Source: Thalia democratica (lineage: Eukaryota). Taken from it: a DNA stretch of 64,000 bases. A program made the position numbers and the translations under genes. This document shows, piece after piece, positions 12,023 to 25,658 of the stretch. The stretch spans positions 57,164,001 to 57,228,000 of the forward strand of contig OZ241831.1 in assembly GCA_965202585.1 (NCBI GenBank). The letters are read 5' to 3'. The notes under the pieces are model-generated. The model was not told where the DNA came from. It did not search any database and worked only from the letters and a program-made list of their open reading frames with translations. Each line of letters begins with the position of its first letter. The first letter of the stretch is position 1.

Positions 12023-14717
12023 GTATGTATAAGTTTTTAATAAAGTTGAGAATTTTCCATGACAGCACAATGTAATTTGTTACTATGTGTTACATAAACT
12101 AAGGTTTTACAAAGTTATTTAATCTATTTACTATTTTAAGCTTTTAATAGAAGTAAAAAAAAGACGTTATTTTAAAAGTAGAAGTCTAGCATTAGGTTAA
12201 GTTTAATTCTAATAAAAGTGTAAGAGGTTAAGAGGATAAGAATGACAATGGTAGTTATTATTTATTCTTATTGTATAACCAAGCAATGTGTGCGCTATTT
12301 TAGACAGTTATATATATTTCTTTTTTAATGTATACTATAAAGATAAAGTAGTGAAATTATAAATATATCTTTGAAATCAAATTCAAAGTTACGCGAAACA
12401 CTTAATGCCAAGTATTTTTTGTTGGCTAGACTTGCGTAAAAACCCTACCACAAAATATTTCATGCTGAATTTAATTTGAATTCTTTAAATAAATTCTGCA
12501 AATTTACCAAGTTCGCACCAAAAGATAAGTGGAATCAAATTAATTAATATTTAATGAATGAAACCAAAGCAACGAGTTAATCACATTGATTATTTTCTAT
12601 ATAAAGCAACACACTTCCTATCTCTTTCTGTATGAGATTATTATTAACATTTTAGATCTCTTTGTAATGAATCTGCAATTCAATCAGATTTTTATCTTGA
12701 CAAGAAGTGTCATGATATTTTGGTAGCAATCTAAAAATATATTTTAGATGCGATTTTGAATAATATAAAGAAGCATTATATTATGCTTCCTTCTAGTTAT
12801 CTCAGTGCTAATATTTAATTGTATGTGCCAATTGAAATTTAAAGCCTCGTAATAAATGACGATTAAAAAGACAGCACAAATGAATAAAAATTTACAGCAA
12901 CTGATGCAAGACAAATTAGTCAAATTTGAAGTTCATCCTTGTGCCAGCACTTGTAACATACGTGCAATTCTTATTATTTAAATAAAAAAACAAAATGCAA
13001 AAAAGTTGTAATCAAGCGAAAGTGATTGCAGTAATTAACAAACACTCGAATATCAAACACACATATACATGTTGTCTTTTCAGCGTGGCGCTGAGTCGAT
13101 TAATTATTCATAACTTTCGCTCTGCTAGCTCTCTGCACCACACGCTTTCAATACTCGCTCTCTTGCTGCAGTGAGCTTCATTAGCATTTTTATATTGTTT
13201 GTGATTAAGTGCGTTTTCGTGTAAGTTTTCATGGCAACACATTGTCGTATCCAGGTTTGATGGAAAAGTTTGGTTGTAATAACTGCTTGATCCTTACTTT
13301 TTTTTTGCCTGTCAGTATATTGTTCATAGAAAATGTCGATTTTGAGTAAAAAGTTTAAAAGTTTAATAACTTTTTATTTAGCAAGCTTTAAAATAACTAA
13401 AGTAAATAACAAGTTTTAAGTTTTGAAGTTTCTGTGATGATCAACTAAAGTTTTGTTAAACTAAGTAAAACTAGTCACTTTTTATCTGGTTAGTAATGAT
13501 AAAACTGTTACTAATTGTGTTTTTTATTGTTCTGAAGACACAGGGTAATGCACAGAGTGAATTTATTCGTTGTATGTAACACAAGAACCTCGAATTATAG
13601 TTTAATCAAAACGTAATAAGGTTTATTTTATTCTTTTCAATTCAAATTAAGATCTGCTGTTGGAAATAAAATATTCAACCGGTTAAGAAAATACACAGTA
13701 ACTAAACTATAAAATAAATTAGTATTTCAGTTTAATTTTTTAATTTTTATTTTGCACGCATAACGCAACGTTTTATATATATGAGAAAGTAGCAAGTCAT
13801 GTGTGTATTAAGTGCGTAATCACTATTTCAACATGTTTAAAAAAATTATGTTTAGCATGATTCAAGTAACAGAATGCGTATATGATTTTTTTAAACTGCT
13901 CTCCTATAAATAAATCATTTTATGTTTAAGTAATTTGACTTGTTGGCTTAATACAATGTTTCCAAACTCATTTTCATACTTACCCCCTAAACAAAAACAA
14001 AATCCTCCTTAATCAGATACTACCCTTTTTCTAGTTTATTACCTATTTACTTTTTCATCTCTTTATTAACTATCGCCCCAAGGGAAACTCTGGTATAACA
14101 GTATAACAGTTAGTCCACTACAGTACAAATAACTTCTCTGTCTATCACAGTGTTAAATATGTATTTGTTATAGTGATCAATAAAAATTAAATCCTACTTG
14201 TATTACAACTGTAATTTTTCTTAAAAAAGACAGAACCTTTGTAGTGTAGATATGTTGCATATAATATCAAAGAAGAATAAACAAATTGCATTATTGCTCA
14301 TAAATATTTAATATATACGTATTGGTACCCGCTAAATGCAAGGCAGTAAGTGATAAATGTGTAACAACTTTACATTTACATATATATAAACCTTTTTATT
14401 AATAAAGCCCTTAAGGTGGGCTCAGTGTGAAAGATTTGATTTATCAAGTAAAATAACTAAAATTTATATATAATTAGTCCCAAGCAAAAGCTTATTTTGT
14501 GTATTTTAGTTCTATATATAAAATTTTATATGTATGTTTACAAAAGGACTCATGTTGTGGAGGATAAATGTGTATTAACTTAACATTTACATATTTATTA
14601 TATTGACACAGGTACTCATGTTATGGAGGGTAGATTTGTAATAATTTTGTATTTTTTTTGTACTTATTTGTAGATTTGTAGTAACTTTTTACTTATACAT
14701 ATATTATATTGACACAG

Positions 14718-14816
14718 GTACTCATGTTATGGAAGGTAGCGGTAGATGTGTGGTCACTGCTGTTGGTGTCCATTCACAAACTGGTATCATTCTATCACTT
14801 CTCGGTGCTGCTGGAG
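14718..14816 (+). CDS. ATP2B: PMCA exon 5 ([33 protein letters not shown])
   Basis: gacacag / G|gtatgg, 99 nt, phase 1-1. Confidence 0.95.
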
Positions 14817-17067
14817 GTATGGCTTTAATTTCATTGAGAAAACATGTTTTGTGTAACTTGATGTGTTTTGACTTTTTGCAGTGATATTTGCTCAAAAAAA
14901 AAACTTAACTGTATTTGTTGTGTCGGTTAGAATTGTGATAAAAAAACTGTACAAAAAAAACATTTCAATTTTTATTCAGTGTAATATTTTCCTTCTTTTA
15001 TTTCATATTGTATGGTAAATTAATTAGAACTTGCAGTATGCCCTCTTGATTGAAAAGCAATAAAATTTTAACTGTGCACGTAAATTAAAAAGTATAATAA
15101 AACTTTATTAACCAAGCTTATTTGCATATATCTGCATAAAGGCAGATACTAATGTATTCATAAAACATATTTCTGTTTTTGTGTTGTACAAAAAAAAATT
15201 GTGAATACTTTAACTAAGATTTAACCTGCAATGAGAACTTCAATTTCAAATAGAAAGTGTGAGGTAAAGTTTAAAACTAAACGTTTCCAAAAGTCATTTA
15301 AAAATCTTTTAAAGATTTAGTATAAGATGTTTTTTGATAAAACTAAAACAAAAGTGTAAGCTCTTACTCGATCATACAGCTTTACAACAAATCAGTTGAA
15401 AAAGGTTTTAAGTCATGAAACTACATGGATACTATCATGTACCTGGTTAATCCAAACACGAATTTTAACAAGTAACAACAAAGTTCACTGCAAAATACAA
15501 ACGCAGATTTGAAAAATTATAATGAAGGTTGCCTTTTGTAAAAAATGTGGTTGAAACATTCATAGCTTTGCGGTTAAATTTTGTGTGATTTATGAGATAA
15601 AAAACCAAATGAGAATATGAATAAGTCCATTTTTGGCATTTGTAGAAGAATGCTGCAATATTTTGTTAAGCTGCATAAGTTTGTAAAAAAAAAATTATTC
15701 AAGGTAAAAGCCCCAGTAAAATTTTCAGTCCAGAGCTGTCTAAAAAGTGTTGTTGAAATTTTGTTACGTTTATATAAAGTAAAATTTAACATAAAGTATG
15801 AGAATGCTTAAACTTTTTATAAGCTGCTACCTGTTTTTTGTTTTGCTAATTAAAAAATTACTAGTTTAACATAAAGATAAGTGTTTAAAAAAATTTGTGA
15901 AGGTTAAATGAAGCTAAAAAAATAAAGTAGAAATCTTCTTAGAACATGTTACAATAGAAAAATAATTCATACTTTGTATAATGCTACATGAAGTATTAAA
16001 TTCCACAAACCATTAATTATGACGTCACAACACAATGGTTTCTAACATTTGCAATTAAATGCACTAAAACTAGGTGTGTGGAGCAAAGTTCTCCAAAGTA
16101 TAATCTTGAACTTTTCTAAATTGTCATATTCTGATTTTTTACGCGTTTGGTTTTCATACTTAATTTACTTTTCTGATAAAATTTAAACTTCCTGGAAATT
16201 GTCCAAAATTCTAATAAGTTTATAGTGTATAAAGTCAATTGCTAGTGCAATAGTATAAACCAAGTATAAACTTTCTTTAATCGAGGTTAATTGTACTGTT
16301 TAGTCTGCATATGAAAGTTATTAAAGTTGAACTTTTTATTTAAACTATCATAGTGTTGTGATAATTGTTAATCTCAAATAATTAATAGATAATTTTTGAT
16401 AGAAGACAAATTAAAATTTTCTCGTATTTCACACTGTCGAAAAAGTTTCCACATATTTGAATAATGAGATTAGTTTCTGGTGTTGTTATGAATGAGTGTT
16501 TTTCAAGATTATATTTACGTACTCACTTTGGAATTCTCAGTATTTAAACAACACTGCTTTGTTATAATCTAATGTTTAAGACATATAAAACATTGTGTTG
16601 TGTAAAATACTGTTTAAATTGTATGTTTTGTGTCTTATTTATGGAAGTTTTTTATATGTTTTGTATGCTTTAAGGTTTTTATATTACAAAGTTCTATATA
16701 TTTAAAAAAAATTGTTTTAAAAGTATGCCTTCATGTTATCTATATGTAAAAGCTTTTATCTTTTTTATTTATTTTTTTCAGATTTTCTATTTAAAATATA
16801 AAAAAAAACTCTTATTGGTTAATATTTCAGTTTGTCAAAAGTTAATGAATTATTTTTCATATACTTTGTTAAAATTATTTACTTTGTGCACAGTTTTTAC
16901 TTAGCTGCCAAAAATCAATATTGTATTTTTCAATTGACTCTACGTTTAGTTATTAAAAAAATTATTTTAATAAAATAAAGATAACGGTAAGAGCATTCAA
17001 AACACTCTATTTGATTTTGTCAACCTGCGTGTACTTCTAATGTTTAAATATTATTTTTTCTCAACAG

Positions 17068-17241
17068 AGGACGAAACCAACCAAGCGGAACCGAGCGAGA
17101 CGGGCTCGTTGCTAGGTAACGACGAGGAAGCGGGGGGCGAGGGAAACAAGTCCGGTGAAAAGAAGAAGTCGTCCAGCAGGAAGGAGAAATCCGTGTTGCA
17201 GGCCAAATTGTCGAAACTCGCGGTTCAGATCGGTTATTTCG
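17068..17241 (+). CDS. ATP2B: PMCA exon 6 (site A loop: EDETNQAEPSETGSLL...KEKSVLQAKLSKLAVQIGYF)
   Basis: ctcaacag / G|gtcagt, 174 nt; KEKSVLQxKL motif. Confidence 0.94.
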
Positions 17242-17596
17242 GTCAGTTTCACAATTTTCAAGATAAAATATTCATTGATTTTTTTTTGTTTGATGATAAA
17301 AGCTGTTTGAAATTTATTGTATTTATCAGTATGAAACTTGTATTCTCTTAAAGTGATAGTGTTTGAAAAATCTTATCTTGAAAGAAATCCTAAAACCTTA
17401 GTTTGTCTGCTTTTTTTGTATGGTTTTTAATGTAAGCTTAAAATAAATTTTGGATACGGTTTTTTATTGTTATATAAAAGATCCCAATTACAAGAACAAA
17501 AAAACACAGTTTAAAAGATTAGTGGTAAGTTATTATGAACAAAGTTTTTATACTAAAATTTAAAGTTTTTATTACCTGGTTTTATTATCATTTTCC

Positions 17597-18260
17597 ACAG
17601 GATTCGTGTTATAACTAGTAACAGTCCTCACCATTATATTCTTCCATGACTGATAAAATAACGTAATTTCCTGATAAGCTGTAGTTTATCCTAATATTAC
17701 AACAACAACTTCAGGATTCGTGGTACCCCTTGTAACAGTGCTCATCCTTATTACGCTTTTAATAATAACAACAAAATACTAATTTAATATTTTGTTGCTG
17801 ATAACAATAGTAATACCAATAAATAAAAGCACATCATAGATACCAACAGGATGCGTTGTATCATTAGTAACCTAATGAGGTTTCACAATTTTGTTTGAAG
17901 ATAGATAAAAGTTGGTTAAAATTTATTATTTTTATCAGTAATTGATGATTTTATCAGTAAATCATTAGTAACCTAACCAAAAACATAATGAGGTACCCTA
18001 ACTTTATATAACAACAACACTTTCAAACAGGGTTCATGAAAAAAGATAAAAACAATTTTTCAGAAATTACCTTGAATTTCAAGGTTACTTTATTTTTATA
18101 CAACAAAACTTCAGGATTCGTGGTATCACTGGTAACACCGCTCATCCTTTTTTAGTATTAATTAATGACAACGGATTAAATATTTTATATTTTGTTGCTA
18201 ACATAAACAAATTATCAATTTCAAACAGGATTCGTGGTATCACTGGTGACGGTGCTCATT
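17597..18260 (+). repeat. Array of degenerate copies of the exon 7 acceptor and exon start
   Basis: cag|GATTCGTG-like at 17601, 17715, 17850, 18031, 18115 and live 18229. Confidence 0.88.
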
Positions 18261-18443
18261 CTGATCATCATCTTCTGCGTGGAGGTGTTCGGCACTGGGG
18301 GCATGTCGTGGAAGAGCGAGTGCACGTCCGTGTACGTCCAGTACTTCGTCAAGTTCTTCATCATCGGCATCACCGTGCTCGTCGTCGCCGTCCCCGAGGG
18401 GCTTCCCCTCGCCGTCACCATCTCCCTCGCCTTCTCCGTCAAG
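18229..18443 (+). CDS. ATP2B: PMCA exon 7 (M3-M4, [20 protein letters not shown])
   Basis: tcaaacag / AAG|gttcgt, 215 nt, phase 1-0. Confidence 0.96.
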
Positions 18444-21400
18444 GTTCGTTGGTTTTTTATTTCAGGGTTTTTACAACAGTTTGAACTGAAAATAATAAGT
18501 GGTTGAAATAAACTGTTATTCTATGTTTTAACTTGTAATCATCACAAAATTATTTTTCAAAAATGTTGTTTATATTTATTGGGTTGTTATAAAGTTTCTG
18601 TATTGAGTTTCTGTTTATTTGTTCTCACAAAGCTCGCCGTCAAGGTTCGCGTGTTTGTTAATTGTTTCAAGGTTTTCACCACAGTTTTGACTGAAAAGAA
18701 AGTTGTGCACATTTACGAAACTAATTCATATACAGTTAGTAGTATAAACAATCCAATAGTTTGTTTAGTATCTTTGTGAAGGTTAGTGAAATTAAGTCAC
18801 CATTTCGCCCGCCTTCTCCGTCAAGGTCCGTGTGATTGAGTTTGTTTTTTAGAAAATTTATATCATAGTTTTTAAGAGTTGAAAAGTTAAAGATTGCCCA
18901 CTATGGGCTCACTATTTGAAGAGTAATTGTAAACAATAGTATTAGCAGTTTGTCAAGCTTTCTCTGTCGAGATTTGTCGGTTTTTGAAACACTTGTCAAA
19001 TTAGATACAATTTAAAGTGCGCATTTTTGTTTATTATGATCAAAATTAAAAGATTATTTAAAAAACATTCATAGGGATTAAATCTGTTTCAAAAAATATT
19101 TTGCAAAGTATTTTTCATTCTATTTTTTGTTAAGAGCCATGTAATTTATACTCTACTGTGACAACATAATTCTCATACACTCAAACTAGTGTCACTAACG
19201 AAATCGTGTAAGTCTTATTGCATGTCTACATACATATACTCAACTTACTTATTTCTTTTAATAAAACCAATACGCTGGTTTGAAAAGTTATAAAAGTATG
19301 ATATACACGTAAGAACAAAAACCCAGTCAACAGTATTTAACGCTGTAGTTATGTTAAATAGTCGAGTTTAGCAAATCAACAATTATTTACCTGCTCATTG
19401 ATCAAAGCAAAGTGGTGATTTAGAAACCACTGTGACGCAATAAACGCTTATTAATATTTAAACGGAGGTCACCCACTAATTGAGCAGACTGCCGTTTGTT
19501 TCAATTTTTTTCCCATTTTAAGTCGGTATAATGAGCAGTAAAAACTTATATTGCTGTAACTTTTTAGCTTATCCAGTTAAGAGGCTTAGTAGTTTATTGA
19601 TACGATTATGAGAATTATGTACAATTAATAATAATTATGTTTGATTATCAGCTTATAACGTTTCAAAACAAGCTAAACTGTTTAAAGTATATGTATTGTT
19701 TTAATTTAAATTGTTTTCCTATTTTAAGTCGGTACAATAAAACTTTATTTGCTGTGATTTTTTAGTTGGTATGACTAAATGGTGGGTTCAATAGTTTTTT
19801 TTTTCAATATGCCAATGAGACTTATGCACAACTAATATGAAATAATACCTGTGTTTAGAAGAATTAGAAGAATAAGCTTGTTACACATTAAACACAAGTA
19901 AAACTTTTAAAAGTATGTGTGTTTCACCACTAATTTTTGAAATACTGCTTTTATAATGCAATTATTTGAAATTTATAGTATTAACTACAAAAATTTATAA
20001 AACCAGGAATACTTTTCTATTTTAATTCTCTATCCGTAGTACATGAACCACAAAGTTCAAGTTAAGTAACTAATTAGTATCGATTGCGAAAACATATACG
20101 CAGAATGTTAAATAATGTGTATGAATATTATCCGAAAGTTCTTGAAGTTATGTTATTTTTACGACTCAAATGTTAATTGAATGTATGTATTTTAAGTAGG
20201 TAAAAGGGCTTTTGAAAATATTTACTGGTAACCCTGTTTTTAGTTAAGTTTACATGTATTTTCTTCGAATGGTTTGAATAACGGTATACAATTCAATTGA
20301 CTAAAAAGAAACCTAAACAAATTAAAAATTTTAACAATTAAAAGAATTAACTGCTAAAGAAAGTAATTTATAAAAACATTAAACTATAGATATAAAGTTT
20401 TATAAAAAAGTCCTAGTGGTTGCAGGTAGAGTTTAGTTTAAAAATAAAAAGTGAAATATAATTCAAAAAAATGATAGTTCACAAAAGCAAACTAATTCCT
20501 TAACAAAGTGTTTAAATAAAGTAATTTTATAAATAAAGCATTCACATGTAAGACACAAAGCTTTCAACTATTAGCATAAAGTAAATATTTACACAGTTAC
20601 TACACCCTTGAAACTTTTATACCTGTTTGTTTTCTAATTAGTCTTTTGTAATCATTTTTCAGTATTTTAAGTTTTTATGTTTGAAGAAATACAGCTAAAC
20701 TTGAATTGGAATAATGACGTTATTTTTAGGTGACATTTTTCTTTGAATAATGATTTTGTATCTTTGAATTAAGTTATCAACAGCAATACAGCTTAAGTTC
20801 ACCTTATCAGTATTACACATCATATAATACTTAGTAATTTGTTAAGGGTAATATTATTTAATGTAAAAATAAATTTAACGGTTTTAGCTTTGTATCAATT
20901 TGTTTTAAGTTATAGTGAAATATAACAGTTTATTATTTAAGAAACACAATTACACTGTTTCACCGCAAAGCGGATTTTCAAATTGTTAATCTTATTCAAA
21001 TAGAACTCAATAGTTAAATAATGAAATATCTACAACGTTTGGGTTAATGTCTTTGTTATAAGTTTATTAAAGTATGCATAAAACATCACAAGATATTGAA
21101 GCAAAACCAAAAAAAAAACGTTGTATAAGGTCTGCTCAAAATAAAGATTCCAAGAAGTTGATACTCAATAAAACTGTTTTAACAAATTTCTCAATAAAAT
21201 CCTTTTATATTGCGTACAATTATTTTCATACTGTTTAAATTTAACTCGGCGCTTTGAGAAAATAAACACAAAACACGCATTTGCAGTTAGATTCTCAAAT
21301 AAACAAATTATATGTTGCAACATTCACCATGTAAATGTATCAAAACTACGTTGATATCTAAATTCAAATGTTGTTATTCATTGCGTCATACCATTTACGT

Positions 21401-22446
21401 TATTCATTATATCGCGTGATTCTCATTTTGTTATTTTTTTTTTCGTGTTTAATGTTGACACATATACGACTTGGTCTTTAGAATTTTCGTAATTCTGCTA
21501 TTCGTGTCCCAGTTTTCACAGCTTGGTCGTTTCTTCCAAGCCTGATCTGCGTGTATCAAAAGTGGTTTAAGTTTATAACAATTGAATTTTGTGACGTAAT
21601 AGGATGTGCGTTGTTACAGGATGTAATGCCTGGTAGTTCCCATATCTGATAATTCCGATAACTGTTTCTAATAAAACTGCATCTATTAGTTTTATTCGTT
21701 GTAATAACCATTGTTTTTAACATGTTTTCCTTCAGAACTGTCTCATTTTGTTTTGTTTTTCTTTTACTGTTAATTTTTAACCTGTACAAATTAAAAGCTT
21801 GAATCTTGTGATAACACATTTTATTTTATATTTGTTGAATATTTATGATTCTAAAGTGTTGACGTCATTAGCTATCATGAGTAGTTTTTATTTTAGTGCA
21901 AAGTCACAATGTCCTGAGAAACGTATGGTTTTTGAAAAAATTTCTAATTATTTTAGCGAAAATATTTAACTTGCTTAGTTTTCGTTTTTCAACATCACAA
22001 CAGTCTAACGTCACCAATTTAAACCTTGTGATTTTTTGAATAAATTAACATACAAGCTTCAGTAAAACCAAAAATGATAGATACTTTATTGGACACTTTT
22101 ATTTCTTTGTCTTCAAATATGTTATTTGATCATGAGATCCTTTGATGTAGATGGTTATTGACAATATAATTTAAATACAACGCGTATCTTAGTAAGTGTA
22201 ATTGAGTTCATTAGAGAACAGTAAAAATCCGAGCTTTTTGCGTTTGAAACTTTTATTTTGAAAATACATATTAGCAGTTGTATCACCAACAGCGTTTTCA
22301 AAATCCAGTGTGCAACCTTCTGTTTACAGATTCAAGTAAAAAAACACTGTCTTTTATTATTTATGGTTGTGCTACTGTTTTGTATGTCATAATTATTTTT
22401 TAATGCTACTAACTTGTAATTATATACATGTATAATTAATACATGA

Positions 22447-22593
<147 letters not shown>

Positions 22594-22632
22594 TAAAATA
22601 ATCTATTACCTAAGTGTTGAAAAAATTGATTT

Positions 22633-22690
22633 AAATGGAGCTTAAATGAGACCGGTTCAAATGGAGCTTAAATGAGACCGGTTCAAATGG
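22633..22690. repeat. Perfect 26-bp tandem repeat AAATGGAGCTTAAATGAGACCGGTTC x2.2
   Basis: Exact duplication read directly. Confidence 0.9.
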
Positions 22691-23039
22691 TTAAGTATTC
22701 ATCAGCCTTAGGATATCCATAAATATCTTTAAGGTGTAAGGCTTTAGCTACGTCTATCTTTTCCAATAAAACCGGTCAGTTCGTTAAACTAAACTTATCA
22801 ATCATAATAGAAGTTGGTTTTAAGTTGTGTTTAGAAATAGTACGCTGAATCGGTTTTTTATGGATCAGTATTAGCTAAAATCATTGATAATATTATGTTA
22901 GTGTTGTAACGACGAGGACTAATAAACATAATTTTTAATAAATTCACTAAGTATTAAGGTTGTTCTTTAGCTTAAGTTTGTGTTAAAAACTTAATTCTGA
23001 AATAAAGTAAGTTTATAACTTTTTATTAAATGTACTTAC

Positions 23040-23042
<3 letters not shown>

Positions 23043-23074
<32 letters not shown>
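23043..23074. repeat. (AT)16 microsatellite
   Basis: Read directly. Confidence 0.95.
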
Positions 23075-23077
<3 letters not shown>

Positions 23078-24000
23078 AAGTTTTACATACAATGCAAATA
23101 CAAACTAATCTTTATTGTAATTTCTAGTAATTAACTTAAAAATTAAATACCTTGAGATAATGCTTATAAAACATGTTTGACCATTTTAAGAATGAAAAGT
23201 TTTCTGTAGTGACCACTCATGCAAAGATATAACCGCAAAATATTTACGTTCCTATTTATATGCAAATAAGTTGCTTCATGTATAAATTTTAATACTGGAA
23301 GACAACCGTGATGAAATAAAACAAGTAAAAACTATCGTAATAGCTAATGCGTCATTTTAAAAACTAGGTATAAAGTTTACAAAATAAGTTGTATACCTGT
23401 TATTAAAATATAAAAATAAAACAGCTGAATACTTGGAAAATTAACAGCACTTAATTATTTACTCTAAAAACAAAATAAAAAAAAAAGTTAAGAAGCATGC
23501 TATATAGTTTTAAATAATAAATAATTTGATCAGAATTAAATAAAAAGTGATGAAAAAAAATTAAAAAATAAGTTGTTTGTTAGAAACATCTAAAAAATAA
23601 CTTTTAAAGTTTGAAAAGTTTACAAAAAAGTGCTTTGAAATATAAATACATAATAGCTAAACTGTGAAAGTTACACAAACTTCCCTTACAAACGCAAGTT
23701 TCATCAATGAAAAGTTTCTATTTTGTTGAGAAATTCGTGCAAAGCAAACAAAAATATCACCCAAGCAGTTTTGTTGGGTTATTACAACAAATTCGCCCGG
23801 TGTCAATCACGCGAAGTGTTGAAATGCGGGTGAAATCCGTTTAATATTTATTTTATCATACAGGACTATTTGTTTGTATTTTTTTTACTATGGTATTTTT
23901 AGATTTTAATTTTCATTGAATGTAATTTGTTTGTTTTTTTTTCGTGTGTTTAAGCGGCTCAGGTTTTAAAGCCCGAGTCCATCTTTTCACAATAAACTCC

Positions 24001-24032
<32 letters not shown>
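24001..24032. repeat. (AAT)10 microsatellite
   Basis: Read directly. Confidence 0.95.
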
Positions 24033-24033
<1 letters not shown>

Positions 24034-25500
24034 CGAACAAAGATACATTTGTTCAGCCAAGTGTTTGGATGTAATGTAATCAATCACTTTATGACAATTT
24101 TTTTTTAAGTTGACAAAAAACGATTTTCAGTGCTTTTTGAATGTTTGAATATAATGCTGTTAGTTTTTAGCCAATGATTTTAAAATACTACAGATTTAGT
24201 AAGTATTAAACCATAAGTTATTACACTAAAATAAATTACCAAGTATAACTTGTTATTTTATATAGTCTAGGCTTTTTATTAATTAAAATTTGATTTTAAT
24301 TGCCTTGACTAACTTCCTGTATGAACTAATTGCTTATTAGTCTAAAATTATGCATTCCAAAAATAAACTTAAAACGCAGTGTTTAAGGAAATGCAGCTAT
24401 AAATATAATAGTTTGCAATGTTGATCGTTTTGTTTTGATGCTTTATAAAAGTTGGTAGTTCTTATCAAAACTTACTTTTAAAGGAAAATAAACAAGTAAG
24501 TTTAAAGTAAGAAATAAAACACTAATGAATAGTAATGAAAGTTTAATCGAGTTAGTAAAAATAAAACAAGTATTATGTATATTTTTCAGTTTTCTACTAA
24601 AAATTGTACCTTAGTAGCAATTTTCTACTTACTGCATAAGTACATCATTATTTGTATGTTTGAGATCTTTATCATAGATCACCACATACAGATTACTTTA
24701 TTCTCTGCATCTTTTGATATTTAAATGCATTAAGTTGGTCTTTTATAATGTCGTTTAATATGAAAATTATCACTGTAATTTTACAAAATACGTTTTTATA
24801 TTTCCATTTAACAATTTTTTTTCTTGTAATTTCTATTTAATCTTATAAATGTCTATTATATGATACTTTAATAAAACGATTGGTTATATAACTTTTTCAT
24901 AAAATTTTTAACCACTTACTTTTAACAAGTAATTTTTCAATTTTTAAAAACTTTAGCAGTTGAATTGGAAACTCTGTTACAAAAGTTCAAAAAAAGTTCT
25001 TAGTTTTTTAATATTTAATTTTACTTATATATCATGAATGCCCAGATTTGAAACAAGTTTAATAAAAGTTATACATATAAAATAAGTTTAATGTTATTTT
25101 CATGCTAATTAAATCAAAATTGTTTTCATAATTGTTTGAAATATATACTTTAATAACAAATTATTTTCATCAAATAAAAAACACCAATTTCAGGCACACT
25201 AACAACGAATACCTTTATTAAACTATAGTTTTTTTGATGCTTGTATCTTACCATTTTATGTACAAACATCATGCAGTTTGTTTTAGTTGTTTATTTGTGT
25301 TATAATCTTTTATTACATTTATTAGACATTAAATTTATACAATCCACTAACTTCAGGTACCCTATCAACGAATAGGATGAATCTCCAGATTTGAAACGAG
25401 TAAAATAAATAAATCTAAATTAAATTTAATGTCATTTCCAAGCCAATTGGTGTGATTGTTTGAAATTTATTTAAAAATAATCAAATTGAAAAAAATCCAG

Positions 25501-25658
25501 GTACACTAACAACGAATAGGATGACGGTGGTCCAGTGCTTTTTGGCGGGAAAGTACTTCAACGCGAAACTCCCAAAAGCCGAACAACTTCCCGCCAACTT
25601 GGTGCAGAAGCTCGTCACCGGTATTTCCGTCAACAGCGCTTACACCTCCAAAGTTATG
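25501..25658 (+). CDS. ATP2B: PMCA exon 9 (GTLTTNRMTVVQ...GISVNSAYTSKVM)
   Basis: aatccag / ATG|gttggt, 158 nt; completes DKTGTLT. Confidence 0.95.

Noticed and set aside
17597-18260. Regularly recurring 25-35 nt repeats with unique spacers, superficially CRISPR-like (also 38090-38830)
   Set aside because: Eukaryotic intron; the repeats are diverged copies of the adjacent exon start, spacing is irregular, and there are no cas genes.
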